A DNA stretch of 64,000 nt from Zygnema circumcarinatum SAG 698-1b (Eukaryota > Plantae > Zygnematophyceae), in assembly GCA_037447605.1 (NCBI GenBank), contig CM074818.1, positions 124,001 to 188,000 on the forward strand, given 5' to 3'. A program made the translations under genes and the position numbers. Each line of letters opens with the position of its first letter. Positions within the stretch are counted from its first letter, which is position 1. This document shows positions 1 to 24,674 of this stretch, piece by piece. The notes below the pieces were generated by a model. It was not told the DNA's origin and did no database searches. It was given only the letters and a program-made list of their open reading frames with translations.

Positions 1-9061
<9,061 letters not shown>

Positions 9062-9563
9062 GGCGGCCTCTTCCTCCTTCGTGGAACGAGGCAGCGCCTC
9101 CACCGACGAGTCACCATTGCTCTTCTCCGGAGGGGGCTCCCGCACTACCGCCGTGCTGTCCCCACCTCGCCCCATCTCCCCACCACTGCCTCCCTCTTCC
9201 CCACTCTGTCCCACTCCTTCCCTCTCCCTCTCCCTCCCTCTCCCTCCCTCTCCCTCCCTCTCCCTCCCTCTCCCTCCCTCTCCCTCCCTGCCTCCCTTCC
9301 TTCCTCTCACTCCCCCTTCCCCCTCTCCCTCCCTCTGCGCTGGCTGCTCCCCGAGGCAGCAACGGGCGCCGACCTCCACACGTGCGAGGCGAGGTCGTCC
9401 GCGTTTCCGGAGCGCTGACGTCACGCGCGGCGACGCGGCCGCCGGGAGCGCCGCCTTCGACAATCACCACGGTACGGACGCGCACGATCGTACGGAAGCG
9501 GTCGTACGGGCCAACGGGGGCGCGCCACGACACGCTGCTGTTACGCGATGACGCAAGCTGACG

Positions 9564-9692
9564 CCACGTGGCGCAACATGCGCAGCCAGGAGGCGAAGGC
9601 GCGCCACGTGGCCCGCGGCTGGATCAGCCGTTGGATGACTGCCACGTGGCCGGACAACCGCAGAGGTGGGCAATGTTTTATGGCCCACGTGG
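9564..9692. promoter_or_regulatory. Four G-box palindromes (CCACGTGG) upstream of ABCC
   Basis: CCACGTGG at 9564, 9604, 9642 and 9685; the first three are GCCACGTGGC. Function is inferred. Confidence 0.6.
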
Positions 9693-10479
9693 GCGCCCGC
9701 CAGCGGCCGCCCGTCCGCCGGGGGGCCGAGCGAGGGGGCGGGCGTGCGGACTTGGCGGGGGAGGCGCGCGGCGAGGAGGGCCCCTCCAGTGCTGTGAGGA
9801 CGGGTGTGGGTGTGGGTGTGGGCGGGCGCAAGGCATGGCAGATACGACCGACCGCTTGCTATTGTTGTTGCTATTATTATTATTATTATTGGTGCTGGTT
9901 TCACAAGGGATGCGCCTCCTGCACACGCGCGCTGACTCGGCGCCCTCAGAAGCAGAGCTCGCCCCGGCGCGCACGGCTCATGACAAATGCTCGCAAGCAC
10001 GCACGCATGGATGCTCGCCAGTGCGTGCGCGCCTGTCTCTTGTCCAGGAGCTAATTTTGAATAAGCAGAGGCCGTCCCTGCATCCCCTGTCTGCTATTGA
10101 TTGAAGCGCAACCAGCAATCTCAACCCCCAAACGCTATCCAGACGCTGTCCTTCCCTCCTGCATCTCTCCCGGTTATCTCAACAGATGTGCACTGGCCCC
10201 AACCCTAAACCCTGCTCTTTCATTGGCTGGGTCAAAATCACTATAGCTCATAGCTATCACTTTTCCCTCCCCAAAAAAAGCTTGGCAGTACATGGCCCCC
10301 CTCCCCCCCATGAGCGCTCAGACACCGACCGGATGATGCCCATCGGCGCGAATAAATGACCCATTCAAAGCGGCGCTTAGTCGAGGCGGCGGCAGAGGGA
10401 GGACTCCCGAACTTCAGTGAGGGGCCCAACGGCTGACGTCACGCCTTCTTCCTGCTGAGTGCGGCAGGCGGCGGCCGCC

Positions 10480-12941
<2,462 letters not shown>

Positions 12942-13599
12942 GGCTGCTCTCTCTGCGGCCTGCACAGGCTTGTGCGCGCGGCCGGGCGGGCGGGCAGGCG
13001 GACGGGCGGAGGGCGCCTTCCTCTGCGCGCGGCGATCCCCTCGCTCGCTCGCTCGCTCGCGGCGGAGGAGGCGACGCCTCAGGCTCAGGCTCAGGCTCAG
13101 GCTTGCCTGGACAAAGCGCCTCGATCGCCTGCCTGCTTCCCTCTCCCTCTCCCTCTCCCTCTCGCCCTCCGCGAGCAGGCGGAACCGCGGAAGCGGCGCC
13201 CTCCCTTGCACCGTACGGACGGCACATGAAAGAGATGTAGCATTGATCGCGCGATGGCGAGGATGCCATCAAATGTACATGGCCAACATCAGCATTGGGA
13301 ACCACGAGGAACCGGTCGCAACGGCACATGCCTTGTTGGTTGGCAGCCATTCCGTCCGTCCAGTGGCTGCGGACCATCGACATCAGCCTGCTCAATGTTG
13401 TTCCATGTTGTTGTTGAGGCCAGAACCCCGCCAAAGCCAACGGTTGGCCGGCGTGAGAGGGGCGCAGGGGCGCGGGCCGGGCCGTGACGGGACACGCCCG
13501 CCCGCTCCGCGCTGCGCTCTGCACCCTCTCTCTCCTCTCGTCTTCTCTCCTCTCCTCTGCTCTCCCTCCCTCCCTCCCCTCGTCGTCGCCGCGGCAGCC

Positions 13600-16020
13600 A
13601 TGGCCTCCACCTGCTGCGGCCTGCGCGCTCGCCTGGTACCTCGCCCGCCCTTTTTCGTCTGCCCGCTCCGCTCCTCTCCTTGCCCCCGTCTGTCTCCCTG
13701 CCCGCCTCGGCCCCTTTCAGCCAGAGGCCCGGGGCCTGGAGAGTTCTGCTCTGACGTCTTATGATGGCTGCACGTGCAGACAGTCACGGTGGCATCCCAC
13801 GCCTTCGCCTGCGCTCCCCAGAGCATCACCGCTCCATTGCAGAACGCATCCTCTCTCAGGGCCTCTGCCTCCCGGGCATGGGGAATTGCATTGCACAGCA
13901 AAATGAGCGCATCGCGCGGAAGTGAGTCCAGGCACCGCAGGTTCAGCGTTGCCCCGCGTGCAGTGGCGCAGGTGAGCTGTTTGAAAATGAATTTCTCTTC
14001 AGCTCAGCGAGCATGCCAACTTGCACGCGGGCATACTTCTGAGCCACAGCCATGTTGAAAATACCAAGATCGCTTAAAGAAAGTAGGGGCTGTGGATTGC
14101 TGGCTCAGGAGGTCGAGCTTCAGGCCAAAGTTACTACGAAAGTGTACTTCGACGTCAGCATTGGAGGCGAGCCTGCAGGTCGCATTGTCTTGGGCCTCTT
14201 TGGCGAGGAAGTCCCCAAGACCGCAGAGAACTTCCGCGCCCTCTGCACCGGTGAGCTCTTTTTTCAACATTCTCGTCGTCCTCCTTGATGAGCTGCTACG
14301 GTGAGTTTTGTAGAAATTTGCTCAGTCGCTGAAGTACAATGCATTCATTAACAATTGACTTAAAATATAAACTGTTTGGCCTTTAGCCCTTATAGGGTTT
14401 CTATCCATTGCCCAAAGGCGTTGTCTGAAATGCAGAAATATCCCATATGCATAGTACGGGATGAAGGTTGCGCAGATAGTAGGAATGGAACTCTGACGTA
14501 CGTCGCTGTTGTAATTCTTGTATGAACCATATGTTGCTTCACTTATTTATTTCACATGCTACAAAGGTATGGTTGCCCACAGTCATGAATGAATGTTGCA
14601 GGAAACTCTAATTAAGTATTACGGAATTACTGACAGATCTCTTCTTACGCACTGTAGCTGGAGAGGTCGTCGCGTTCGGTAGTGTAGCGCAGTGGGACGG
14701 CCATGAAAGGAACCGGCATCTTTTTTGTTGCTTTAAGCCATGCCTTTGAGGTTCTAGCACTTTTTTGAATCTTGCGGTCCTTGAAAGAACTACTCCTGTG
14801 TGCCATTGGCGTCATTCATAATGCCAGACGGCCTTCTGCTGACAATGTGGCCCCTCCTACCAGTTCCTGTTGAGCATCTGTCTTAGCAAGTTCGTTGTCG
14901 GCAGAAGGCTGCTTTCACTGCGGTGAAGCAGCTAAATGGTGTTTCCTGCCATCTCCTCACCCTTGCAGTGGCCGCAAGTGTCTACAAGTGATGCACGCTG
15001 GTGCTTTGTCATTGACGTGCAGGAGAGAAGGGGTTTGGCTACAAGGGGTCTCCATTCCACCGAATCATCAAGGACTTCATGATCCAGGGAGGGGACATTA
15101 CATCAGGAAATGTGAGCCGATGTGGATTCAGAAAAGCACGCGCTTTGCTAGCCTGGTTTTTTGTCCAGCTTCTGCAGATCGTTATTCAGTTTGCCCTGTG
15201 GCTTAGTTCGCCTTGGACCCTCTGAAGGGCAGACAACTGATTTTTTTCTTTGTTGAGGGGAGATCCGGACTTGATGGCATCGTAAGGGAGTTATCGTCTC
15301 TAACCATGGATAGAGGATGCAGGGATATGGCGGGAAGAGCATTTATGGAGCCAAGTTTGAGGACGAGAACTTTAATTGTAAGTTGTGGATTAGAGAGAAC
15401 ATAAAGCCAAAACTGAAGTTGCTTCTTAAATTCGAAGAGAAGAGGTGAAGCATAGGCTGTTTCTTACTTTGGGTGGCAGTTACTTGATGGAAGTTATACA
15501 ACCGGCAAACGTTAGGTTTCAAAAAAAAAATGCATTTTCTTGAGCTTTCTGTGCGGTTTGTTGAGGGAGCAGTGAAGCACACGGTACCCGGTATCGCGAG
15601 CATGGCCAATTCTGGACCCAACACAAACGGCAGCCAGTTCTTCCTCTGCACCGTGCAGGTTTGCTTGCTGCAGCCCGGCTTCGTGCTTTTCCGTTCCCTG
15701 GGGCAGGGCAGGGCAGGGCAGGGCAGGGCAGGGAGGGATGCCGTAGAGGGAGAGTTGTGCCGGGGCTCACTGCCGGGGAGGGTGGGGCCTTGGCTTGGCT
15801 TGGCTTGGCTTGGCTTGGCTTGGCTTGGCTTGGCTTGGCTTGGCAGACGCCCTGGCTGGACGGGCGACACGTGGTATTCGGGCAAGTGGTGGAGGGCATG
15901 GCGGTGGTGCGTCTGCTGGAGGCGCAGGCCACGGACCGGCAGGACCGCCCCAAGGCGGCGTGCATCGTGCTCGACTCGGGGGAGATACTCGAGGACCCGG
16001 AAACCCCTAAAACCCTATAG
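13600..16020 (+). CDS. Plastid cyclophilin (PPIase), CYP20-3/CYP20-2-like
   Basis: [87 protein letters not shown]; N-terminal transit-peptide-like exons. Confidence 0.95.
15787..15843. repeat. (GGCTT)n pentamer array ending at a cyclophilin splice acceptor; (GGGCA)n near 15700 in the same intron
   Basis: Visible directly. Confidence 0.9.
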
Positions 16021-16323
16021 GGCGGCGGCCGGGCTTCGCTGCACGAGCCGGACCTTTCCTGGGAAAGATGGGATTTTTCTTTTTTCAGTTTTGTCCCGTG
16101 TAGAGGATGACGATAGGCGCGTTAGGAAACAGCTCAGTTTGAGGAAAAACCTCGCTTGAAAAACGGGCTCCGGGACGCATCTTTGAAATGGAGGACGTGT
16201 ATTCTTTTCTCATACACGCGCTCGTGTACCCCCTGTGGGCGAACGGGTGGTTGCAAGTCCTGGCGCGTCTGGCTGGGACTCCTCTCTGGCCATGCGAGGC
16301 TGCCTGCGGGATGGTGTGCTCGT

Positions 16324-16525
16324 GCACATACACATGCTTCACATGCACATGCTTCACATGCACATGCTTCACATGCGCATGGACATGCTTTACATGCACA
16401 TGTTTTAGATGCACATGTTTTAGATGCACATGCACATGCTTGACATGCACATGCACATTCTTTACATAACACATGGACATGCTTTACATGCACATGCACG
16501 TGCTTTAGATGCACATGCATGTCCC
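16324..16525. repeat. CACATG/CATGCA-rich minisatellite (about 15-bp unit CACATGCTTCACATG)
   Basis: Imperfect tandem repeat between the cyclophilin stop and the TROL start. Confidence 0.85.
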
Positions 16526-16753
16526 ATGCCATGAGGGTCATGCCCTGCTCCAGCGTCCTCAGAGCCGCCCGCCCGCCCGCCGGCCATGTCCCCGGATCCG
16601 GCCGTCCTCTCCCCGCACGTGCGAGCGCCCGCGGGCCGCGGGCCGCGGCAGCGAGCGTGTGGCTCCTCCTCCCTCCCTCGCCCGCCCTCGCGCTCGCTCT
16701 CGCTTTCGCCCTCCGCACCGTCCCGTCCTCCGCGAGCTGACCGGGCAGGCGCC

Positions 16754-19700
16754 ATGGCCGCCGCAGCTGTGCGCGCGCTGGCGGCACCGCTGATCGCCTC
16801 CTGCCGCCCTCACGCTAGCTGCCAGCACGCCAAGACGGGCAGCGCGCCGAGGAGCTCGCAGATTGTGCCCCGCCTCGCCCTTCCCGCGGCGGCGTCCTCC
16901 TCTCTGGCTCTGGCAGGCTTCCTTGCGGCGTCGCTTCCCGCGCAAGCGCTGGACTCCGACGCAGGGGTGCAGATGCTGGAGGCGCTAGACCCGCTCTTGC
17001 TCGCAGGCGGAGCCGCTGCGCTCATCCTTCCTTCGGCCCTCGTCTTCGCGCTGACCAGAAAGGGCTACACGGGGGACTTGAGCGCGGGCGACGCTCTGAA
17101 GCTGTTGGAGCAGCAGGGCGCCTTCCTTGTGGACATTCGCAGCAAGCAGGAGAGGGCGGAGGCAGGCGCTCCCTCGCTCAAAGCCCTCCGCAAGAGCGTG
17201 CCGAACGTGCCGTTTGAGCTCGAGGACGAGGAAAGCACTTTCTTGCCGGATCCCGAGTTTGCAGAGAAGCTGACAGCGTTGAAGGGTGTCGAATTGGACT
17301 CCACCGTCGTTGTGATTGACAAGTACGTCTTTGACTCTTATCGAGAGAAAGCGGCATCAGGCAACTTGAGACATAGTGCTTTCAAGATGGTCATGCAAAT
17401 GGCATTTTCTAGTTAATTTTATTCTTGAACGGAATAGTGTGAGTATTAATAGCGCCCCCCGCCCCCCTTTTTTTTTTTTTTTTTTTTAACGTTCTCCAAT
17501 AGTAAGTGTCCGACAGTCGTTCCTAGTGAAACCACTCTGGCTGATTTTTGGGGAGAGGGATTTGCAGGCTTGGCGGTATTGCACCAAATGCTGCAAAAGT
17601 GCTGATTAAAGCCGGATTCAAGAAGGTGTATGCCGTCAAAGGGGGAGCGGAGGGCGTGAAAGGCTGGAAGGTGCGGCTGAGCGTTTCACTCGGCCCCTGT
17701 GCGGCTGACAGCCTAAAAATTCTCTAGCGGAAGGGTGCACGCATGCTAATGTGGTCACTGCGCGCATGCAGGAAAGCGATTTGCCTTGGGAACGGCCCCG
17801 CCCCTCCTTCAAGCTGGACGTCAGAACCTTGCGAGAGGCCCTCACGGCGTCCGTTGAGGTGCGCAGAGCCGAGGGAGTGGTCGTCTGCAGTAAAGCTAAC
17901 CGGACATGGCAATTGCTGGAGCCTTCCCTTGATAGCAGCTCATGACAAGAAAGCACCGGATGGTAAAGTAGAAAAGCGTATAAAACAGGCCATTTACTTG
18001 AGACTAATATGAAGCATCCATGGATGACAGGAGACGAAAGGTCTAGTTCCTGCATCGTTGGGAGTGGCGGCTGCAGCAGGAGCCTCCATTGTGCTGCTGT
18101 CCGAGGTAGGAAGCGCCTCCTTGTTGTCATTACAAGGCCCGTTCGTATCCTGCCGCAGGCGAACTCTTGCAGGACGAGAGTTTGAGGGGATGAGGATGGG
18201 GCTTTTGTGGCAGGTGGAGGCGGCCATGCAGCTGCTGGGCTCTGCAGCGCTTGTGCAGTTGTTGCTGAAGAAGTTTCTCTTCGCAGAGGTATGTTGTCAA
18301 ACACTGACGGAACTGGGCATTGGTCTTTATGATCGCCAGCAGGTGAAGAAGCGACTGCTTACCCGAACTCGAGGGATTTCCCCATTTAGTGCAGCCTATC
18401 CCACCCCCACTGAAGTAAAACCTCAAACGTTGTTCAGCCGTCTCTTCTAATTATAAACAATTCCTCTGTCAACGAAGGAAGCATCTGTGCATGCTCCGTG
18501 CTCTGGAGAGCTTCCCGCATGGGTGAACGTTATATGGCGTTCTTTCTGGACCAACTGGAGCAAGGTTGGAGGGAGTAAAGTCGGGAGAACTGTCTAGATG
18601 TTGAAGAACTGAGAGTCAAAAAGAAAAGGGACGGCAGTAAGGTGCGGCAAAGTTTGCGACAAGTTTGTATATTTGGGGAAACCTGCTTAGTGGGAAGCTA
18701 GCGCTTGAAATTGTAAGAGGATCAGTTGGAGTGACAGGATTGACATAAACGATGGGGCCAATGGAACGAAGCTGTCCATGTTTCTTGGCTAAAAGAGTGA
18801 GCTGCTAGTCCCGGCTGGTAGAGACCTACTGAAGAACGGAGTTGCGGTTGGAAGCATGGCAATGACGAGCTCTTGAACGCGAAGGATTTGTCCGCTGTAA
18901 TGGTCAAAAGTTAATAGTCCAGCTTCTCATAACATTGCTTCACGTCGCAAACAAACATACAGGTGTGAATGCCATTGATTACAGCTGAGTAAATGAATTG
19001 GAAATCCAACTTTGCATTTGAAAGCTAATTCTGGTGAAAGTGTCAAGTCTCTGTTGAGATGCACAACTCCGAACCTGACTTCAATTTCTCATTGAAGAGT
19101 CGAGTGGAAATCGGTTGGTTGAGCTGACATGATTCCAAGCGCAGCTCTTTTTTTGGCATGAGGCTGGCAGACCTTTCTGGCAGCCTGAACGATAGCAAGT
19201 ATAGCATTATGTACATGTGGTCATATGTAGACTTGATGAAGTCAGTTCAAAGGTGATCAAGGTTCTGGTAAGAGGGTGCTCTATTACGATTGACAAAAGT
19301 CAGTGGCGAATGCTTGCAGGATCGTAAGAAGACCATTGCAGAAATCAAGTCATTTCTGGACACCAAAGTTGCGCCTACGGAGCTGGTGGACGATATCAAG
19401 GTGACCTGACGCCGCAGGGACGCATGGAGAGGCCCAGGGGTTTCCAGGAGTTGTCTTTGAGAATGGTATTGCAGGCCCCCACCTTCCCCCCTTCCCCCCT
19501 GAAGCCTCACCTCACGCGAGCGCATTGCTCCTCCCTTTACCCGCAGGACATCGGGGCCGCCCTCCTGCCCGACTCTCCAGCTGCCAAAAAGGTTGAGGAT
19601 GTGGCCGAGCAGGTTGCAGCTGCATTTGCCGAAAAGGAGGCGCCTGGAAACGGTGCTGCCTCTTCAGACGCCCCTGTTTCGCAAAAGTCGTCCACGGATT

Positions 19701-19900
19701 TTCCGCCTCCACCGAGACCCCTTTCACCATATGCCATGGTGAGCAACAACCCCCTCTCCTTTGCCATTCAGCTCCACTTGGAGCTGCCGACATCGGCCGT
19801 TGCGAACACATTGGACCCCCATTGATGGCTGCTGGTTGGTTGCTTGTGACAGTATCCGGACTTGAAGCCTCCCACGTCGCCGACCCCGAGCCCTCCTTGA
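16754..19900 (+). CDS. TROL: Thylakoid rhodanese-like protein TROL (STR4)
   Basis: Transit peptide, TM segment, rhodanese domain (FLVDIRS...GFKKVYAVKGGAEGVKGW) and spliced C-terminal FNR-binding motif PPRPLSPYAM/YPDLKPPTSPTPSPP* ending at 19900. Confidence 0.92.
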
Positions 19901-21119
19901 GCGCCGGCGAAGACAGCTGTGTTCTTATTCAGTCCGCCCACGTCGCACGCACCTGCTGCAGGCCGAAGGCACCGCAATGGGAGCTGAGTTTGTAACCGGA
20001 GCTGCCGCTGCGCCGAGTGATGGAGCGTGGCGGCGCATGCATGTATGCATGCATGCATGCACATGTACATACATAGAGCGGGGGGAGAGCGCTGTGTCTT
20101 GTTGGGGAATGTCCGCCGCAACCAGGGGCCTGCAGCCGTCTTGTTCTGCCGCACTCAATATAAATGCGAGCTGCCACTCTTTGCCAAGACGGCTCCTCTG
20201 TCCCATGGCACGGCTGACTTGTGCAATGATGCAATACAACGCAACGCATGACCCTCCCCTTTCCAACTGCAGAATGCAACATGTGTTGCTGCCAAGGGGG
20301 CCGCGGGCTGTCATATTAACGTCATTAACGTGCTTTGTAACCCATCCATGGCACGCGAGTCTTCATCATGCGGCAAATTCAGATACCGTACAGGAGACTG
20401 GCGGGCTGCCTGGCTGCGCGCGAACGTCCGGGTCGACTTCGCTCGAGCGCTGACATCCTCCGAGCGTTCAGTACGACCACATACTTCGCAATACCGTACA
20501 GGTCGGTATTGGCTGAATTACAGTACCTGGTACGTCTTGTAGTTCCATTCAAAAGCAAAGAAGAGGGATGGGAAGCCCTCATACAGCCACTGCACATGGG
20601 GTGCGACAACAATACCGAGAACCAGGTCCGCCAAACAGCCATTATTCGTCCATTGCACGTATGCGAGCAAACTAGTCGGCGTCAACAGAAGCACCCACCC
20701 GAACAGCCCCTGAAAATAGTCTATTTTCGTGACGGTAAATTCCGGCCAACCTTCAGCAATAATTAGTTGATTCTAGAAATGAGCACACCTCTCTTATGCC
20801 CTGCAGCACTGCCGCCTGTACTCTTGTGCCAATCCCTCTAAACGGCGGCCGGGTCCTGTGCACGTCTTGCTGCCCAGTGCCCTCTCCGCTACTCGCTCCG
20901 CAGGATCTCGAAAACCTAGCCTATATCACATTATCCTTCGCAAGCTGAAAGAGACCACAGCGCTCTGCAGCAGCAGACTGCCATGGAATGGATCTCTCGT
21001 CTTCTGCCCGCCTACGCAGCCAGAGAGTAGTCCTGGCTCTGCTCACAGACCCGTCCCTCGTGCTGAACTCACCACTAACGTCAAACAGGACGATGCTAAA
21101 CATATGTGAGCCCAATCCC

Positions 21120-24100
21120 TTATCTGATCCGCTCCTGCAGGTCGGCCAGAAGGCTCGATGCCAGTGATGAGATCTTCCGGCTTGTCTGCCCAGCCAATGT
21201 CGACACATCCTGCCATGTCTGTACGCAGACGCCACCACGACTCTCTTAGTGCCAGCAAAACGAGAGAGTCAAACATGGACCATTCGAGCACATCCCCAGC
21301 ATTAGCACTTATTTGAATACAATCCCAAGCATCCAAAAAGATCTTTAGAAGGGGTAACCCAGGTTGCGCCTGAGACTCACCAGACAGCGGTCCACAACCA
21401 TTTCCACGCCACCGACCAACACATCCGCCCAAGCACCCAGCGTCAGTTGTTTTGCAGCAGGGCCCCGCAGCAATATGCAGCTTGGAATACTCCCAAGTAC
21501 TCTTCCCTTCATCTCATCACATCTGCCTAAACCCAAGTTCTACCCCTGAATCCAAGTGTTTTCCCTTCAGGCCTGCCATACTCATGCTTATGCCTGGATT
21601 TTAACCTGAGCAAATCTGCCAGCCGGAGCTGTTCGTAACCCTGTCATTCTCCTAGAAATCGACCTACATGCCTTTTCCAGCTCCCACAAACTCTCAATCT
21701 CCTCATGTACCATTCTTCTATGTCATTCTCAAAATGGTAATTTCACAACTTCGAAGTTCCTTAGAGTCTCATAAAATATTCGACATTTAATTAATTCTCT
21801 AAAAAACCTAACACTTAGAAGCCCTCCAGTTGCTGTTTCCCCAGCTCTTCAAGAACATGTTCACTCAGTCCTCTGAATGTCCGTGTTGTCACTTCAAGAA
21901 TTATTTTGTAAGGTCGGTAACACTGTTAGGTCAGCTTCTCTATCCTTCGTCCCCTGTAACTCTTTTTCATCCCCATCCATCAAGAGAGTGTGAACCACAT
22001 AATATTCATTTGCTCGATAAAAATTCCAATGGCACTTCCACTATCCCTAGTAAATGGTCTTTAAAGTCAATTCCCAGACGCTTTCTTTAGAAATCTGTGG
22101 CTTCGGCATTTACCTTACCCCAAGCACGCTCTCCTGTCCATCATAACTCTAGCTTCATTTGACATACCCACCTCTTCCTCGTCCTCTTCCCGACCTTTTC
22201 CAGTCTTACTCCGAATGACCACTATCAAGCATCCTTCAACATGTTCGAGTATTCATCTTTTTCAATCATCAACCTCTTGCTCCGCATGTCCTTGCAGACC
22301 AATTAGCCTTCCCTGCAAGCTTGAGCATTTTCCTCCATGTCTCTAGGAATTGACCTGCAGTAATATCAAAGTTACTTCCACACTACCGCCCACATGATAT
22401 ACTAAACCTTGCCTATCTATCCCACAACCCTTCAGCTTACTTCCATCTTATTGGGCTCACCCGCCATCTGCTGCTTGTTCTAGTCCCACCTAAACCCCAA
22501 GCCATTCATTTAAGAAACCATTCAGGGTCTCAGTGTTTGGGGAGGCCTACGTTCCCATCTGATCTTCCCATCAGAGGTTGGCTTTGCATAGCCCCACATC
22601 TTCATTAGCTCTTACGAGTGAAACAATGTATGCTCTATGTTTTCCAAATGGCGCTAATGGGACCATTGCTTCTCACCTGCATAGAAAGCTTGGAGATTAA
22701 GTCGTTGGCAGTACTATCGAACGATGCATTGTCTCCGCCCTCATCCCTTTCAAAAAAGTCTGCGCTTGAAATAGAGGAAGAGTTCTGAAAGACCGAAAAA
22801 AAGGGGAATTCAAAACAACAAAAAAATGTGTGAAACAAAGGACAGAAAGGACCACGGAGACAAACAAAACCTACGGAGCCTGAAAGTAGAAAGAGTAAAT
22901 GTGAAAAGGGTGCTTCGCCATTGACTAGTCTGGCAATGCATGTCGGATGCCTGAACACATTTAAGTAGTCTATTCCATAATACACATGTTGGTACGTATG
23001 CAGAAGCCCCTCCGAGAGCACCAACTGTAGAGTCGCGTTGCATAGCTAGAAAAGCAACTGCAAAAATTGAAGACACAGTTTAAAAACAGAGCAACTCCAG
23101 ACTGACACAATGGGGCGCCCGGCCTGACCTGGAATCTTTGCAATCGCACTTGACCCTCAGCATCAGGCTCCTTGTTCTGATCGCCGAAAAACTGTGCAGA
23201 AGAAATGGCCTTGGCTGATCCAAACTTCCGCTGCGCCTCATCTGACGCTTCCACCTGTTGCGCATTCCCGCCTCAACAAATCAACGAGGCCATTTTGCCG
23301 TTCGTTGTTCCGGACTACTGAGCAAACTCTCCGGATCAAAACGATAGGTTAAGAAACCACCATATACGCAAGTATGTTACTCAGCCTCCCAGATGTTGCA
23401 CTACAATAGGATCTCGAACGGACCTGAACTTTGGGCCTGCTGCCATTCGTAGTTCGCCGGGAGCCTGATCCAGAGCCAAAATCGGAGAAAAAGTCGCCGC
23501 CAGAGGAGGGAGCTGCAATGTGGCCGCCCGGCCCCGCGGCGGCTGCAGAAGCTCCCGGCGCCGCCGGCTCGTCGCTGTAAGTGAAGCGCGACATGCGCGC
23601 AGCGGATCCGGGCTGCTCGACCGGGGCCTCCATCGGCTTCTGATCGTACAGGCTCTCGTTGGGCTGGATGTGCCCGAATATAAAGCAAAAGGTCTCAGGA
23701 CTGACAAAAAAGGAACAGCTTCCAACAATGACACGAAGCTTGCAGAATTTGGAAGGAAAAATACGAGAAAACCCTAATTCTTCCTGAAAGCCGTGGGATA
23801 AAAAAGTGCAGGTTAATTTCCCAATATCAGAACTTGTCCTACCTTAGCAACAAGCTTCTTCACGCCCAGGCCACCCCCTGGTTTAGACCCGCTGGGCTTC
23901 TTTGCTCCGAGAGTTGCAGGCTTCCTGGCCACAGCAGGCGCCGCACGCGGTGCGCTTTCGATCGGGGCGGCTGCAGCAAGCTCGGCTCCTTGCTCCGCGC
24001 CATTGGAAGGCGAGGCCGCGGGAGCGGGTGCTGGGGCGAGAGCGGGAGAGGGGGAGGGAGCGGTTGGCGTTCTGACAGGAGCGGGCGCGACAGCACTCTT

Positions 24101-24674
24101 GGCGACCTCCTTGGCGAGCAGCTGCTTATAGAGCTCGGCAGCGCGCGAGGTGTACTTGGACTCGATCTTGCCGCCGTCGCTCCAGCCGTGCTGCTTGAAG
24201 AAGACGCGCGCCCGGCCGTTGCCGCCGAAGGTCATCATCTTCAGCTGCTCCACCGTCCACGAGTCCAGCAGAGTCGACCTGCGAGCAGAGGCTCGCGCTC
24301 AGCGTCAGCCAGTCGCGCAGAGCCCCGCCATGGCCAGGGCCCGCCGCAGAGGCAGCGGAGACAGATCCAGACTGCGGATGTGCGCGCACCTCACAAAGCT
24401 GACGTGCACGCCCAGGCTGCGATGCATGGAGGAGCAGTCCAGGCAGATGAACACGCCATAGGTGACGGACGCCCAGGTCGGATTCTTGGCATTGCAGTCG
24501 AAGCACATCTGCATCGCGCGCAGGCGAAATGAGCCGCTGCAGGATCGGGGCATCCAAACCTGCCCTGGAGGATAGGTAGCAACAACAGATACGGTTCCTC
24601 ACCTTGTTCTCTGGTTTACCCTTGAGCTTCTTGAACAGAGGATCTCTTTCGTAAACCTCCTCAGAAGAAGCCAT
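21120..24674 (-). CDS. ARF GTPase-activating protein, AGD8/9/10 (ArfGAP2/3, Glo3)-like
   Basis: [76 protein letters not shown]; C-terminus [16 protein letters not shown]. Confidence 0.94.

Noticed and set aside
14675-14725. tRNA-like A box GTAGCGCAGTGG in a cyclophilin intron
   Set aside because: No B box or T-arm follows.
16085-16480. His/Val- or Cys/Thr-rich repeat proteins
   Set aside because: Translations of the CACATG minisatellite, open in several frames, with no other coding evidence.
21540-22630. Possible degenerate retroelement in the large ArfGAP intron
   Set aside because: Mildly CpG-poor, but no RT, gag or integrase motif, LTR, TIR or TSD was recognised.
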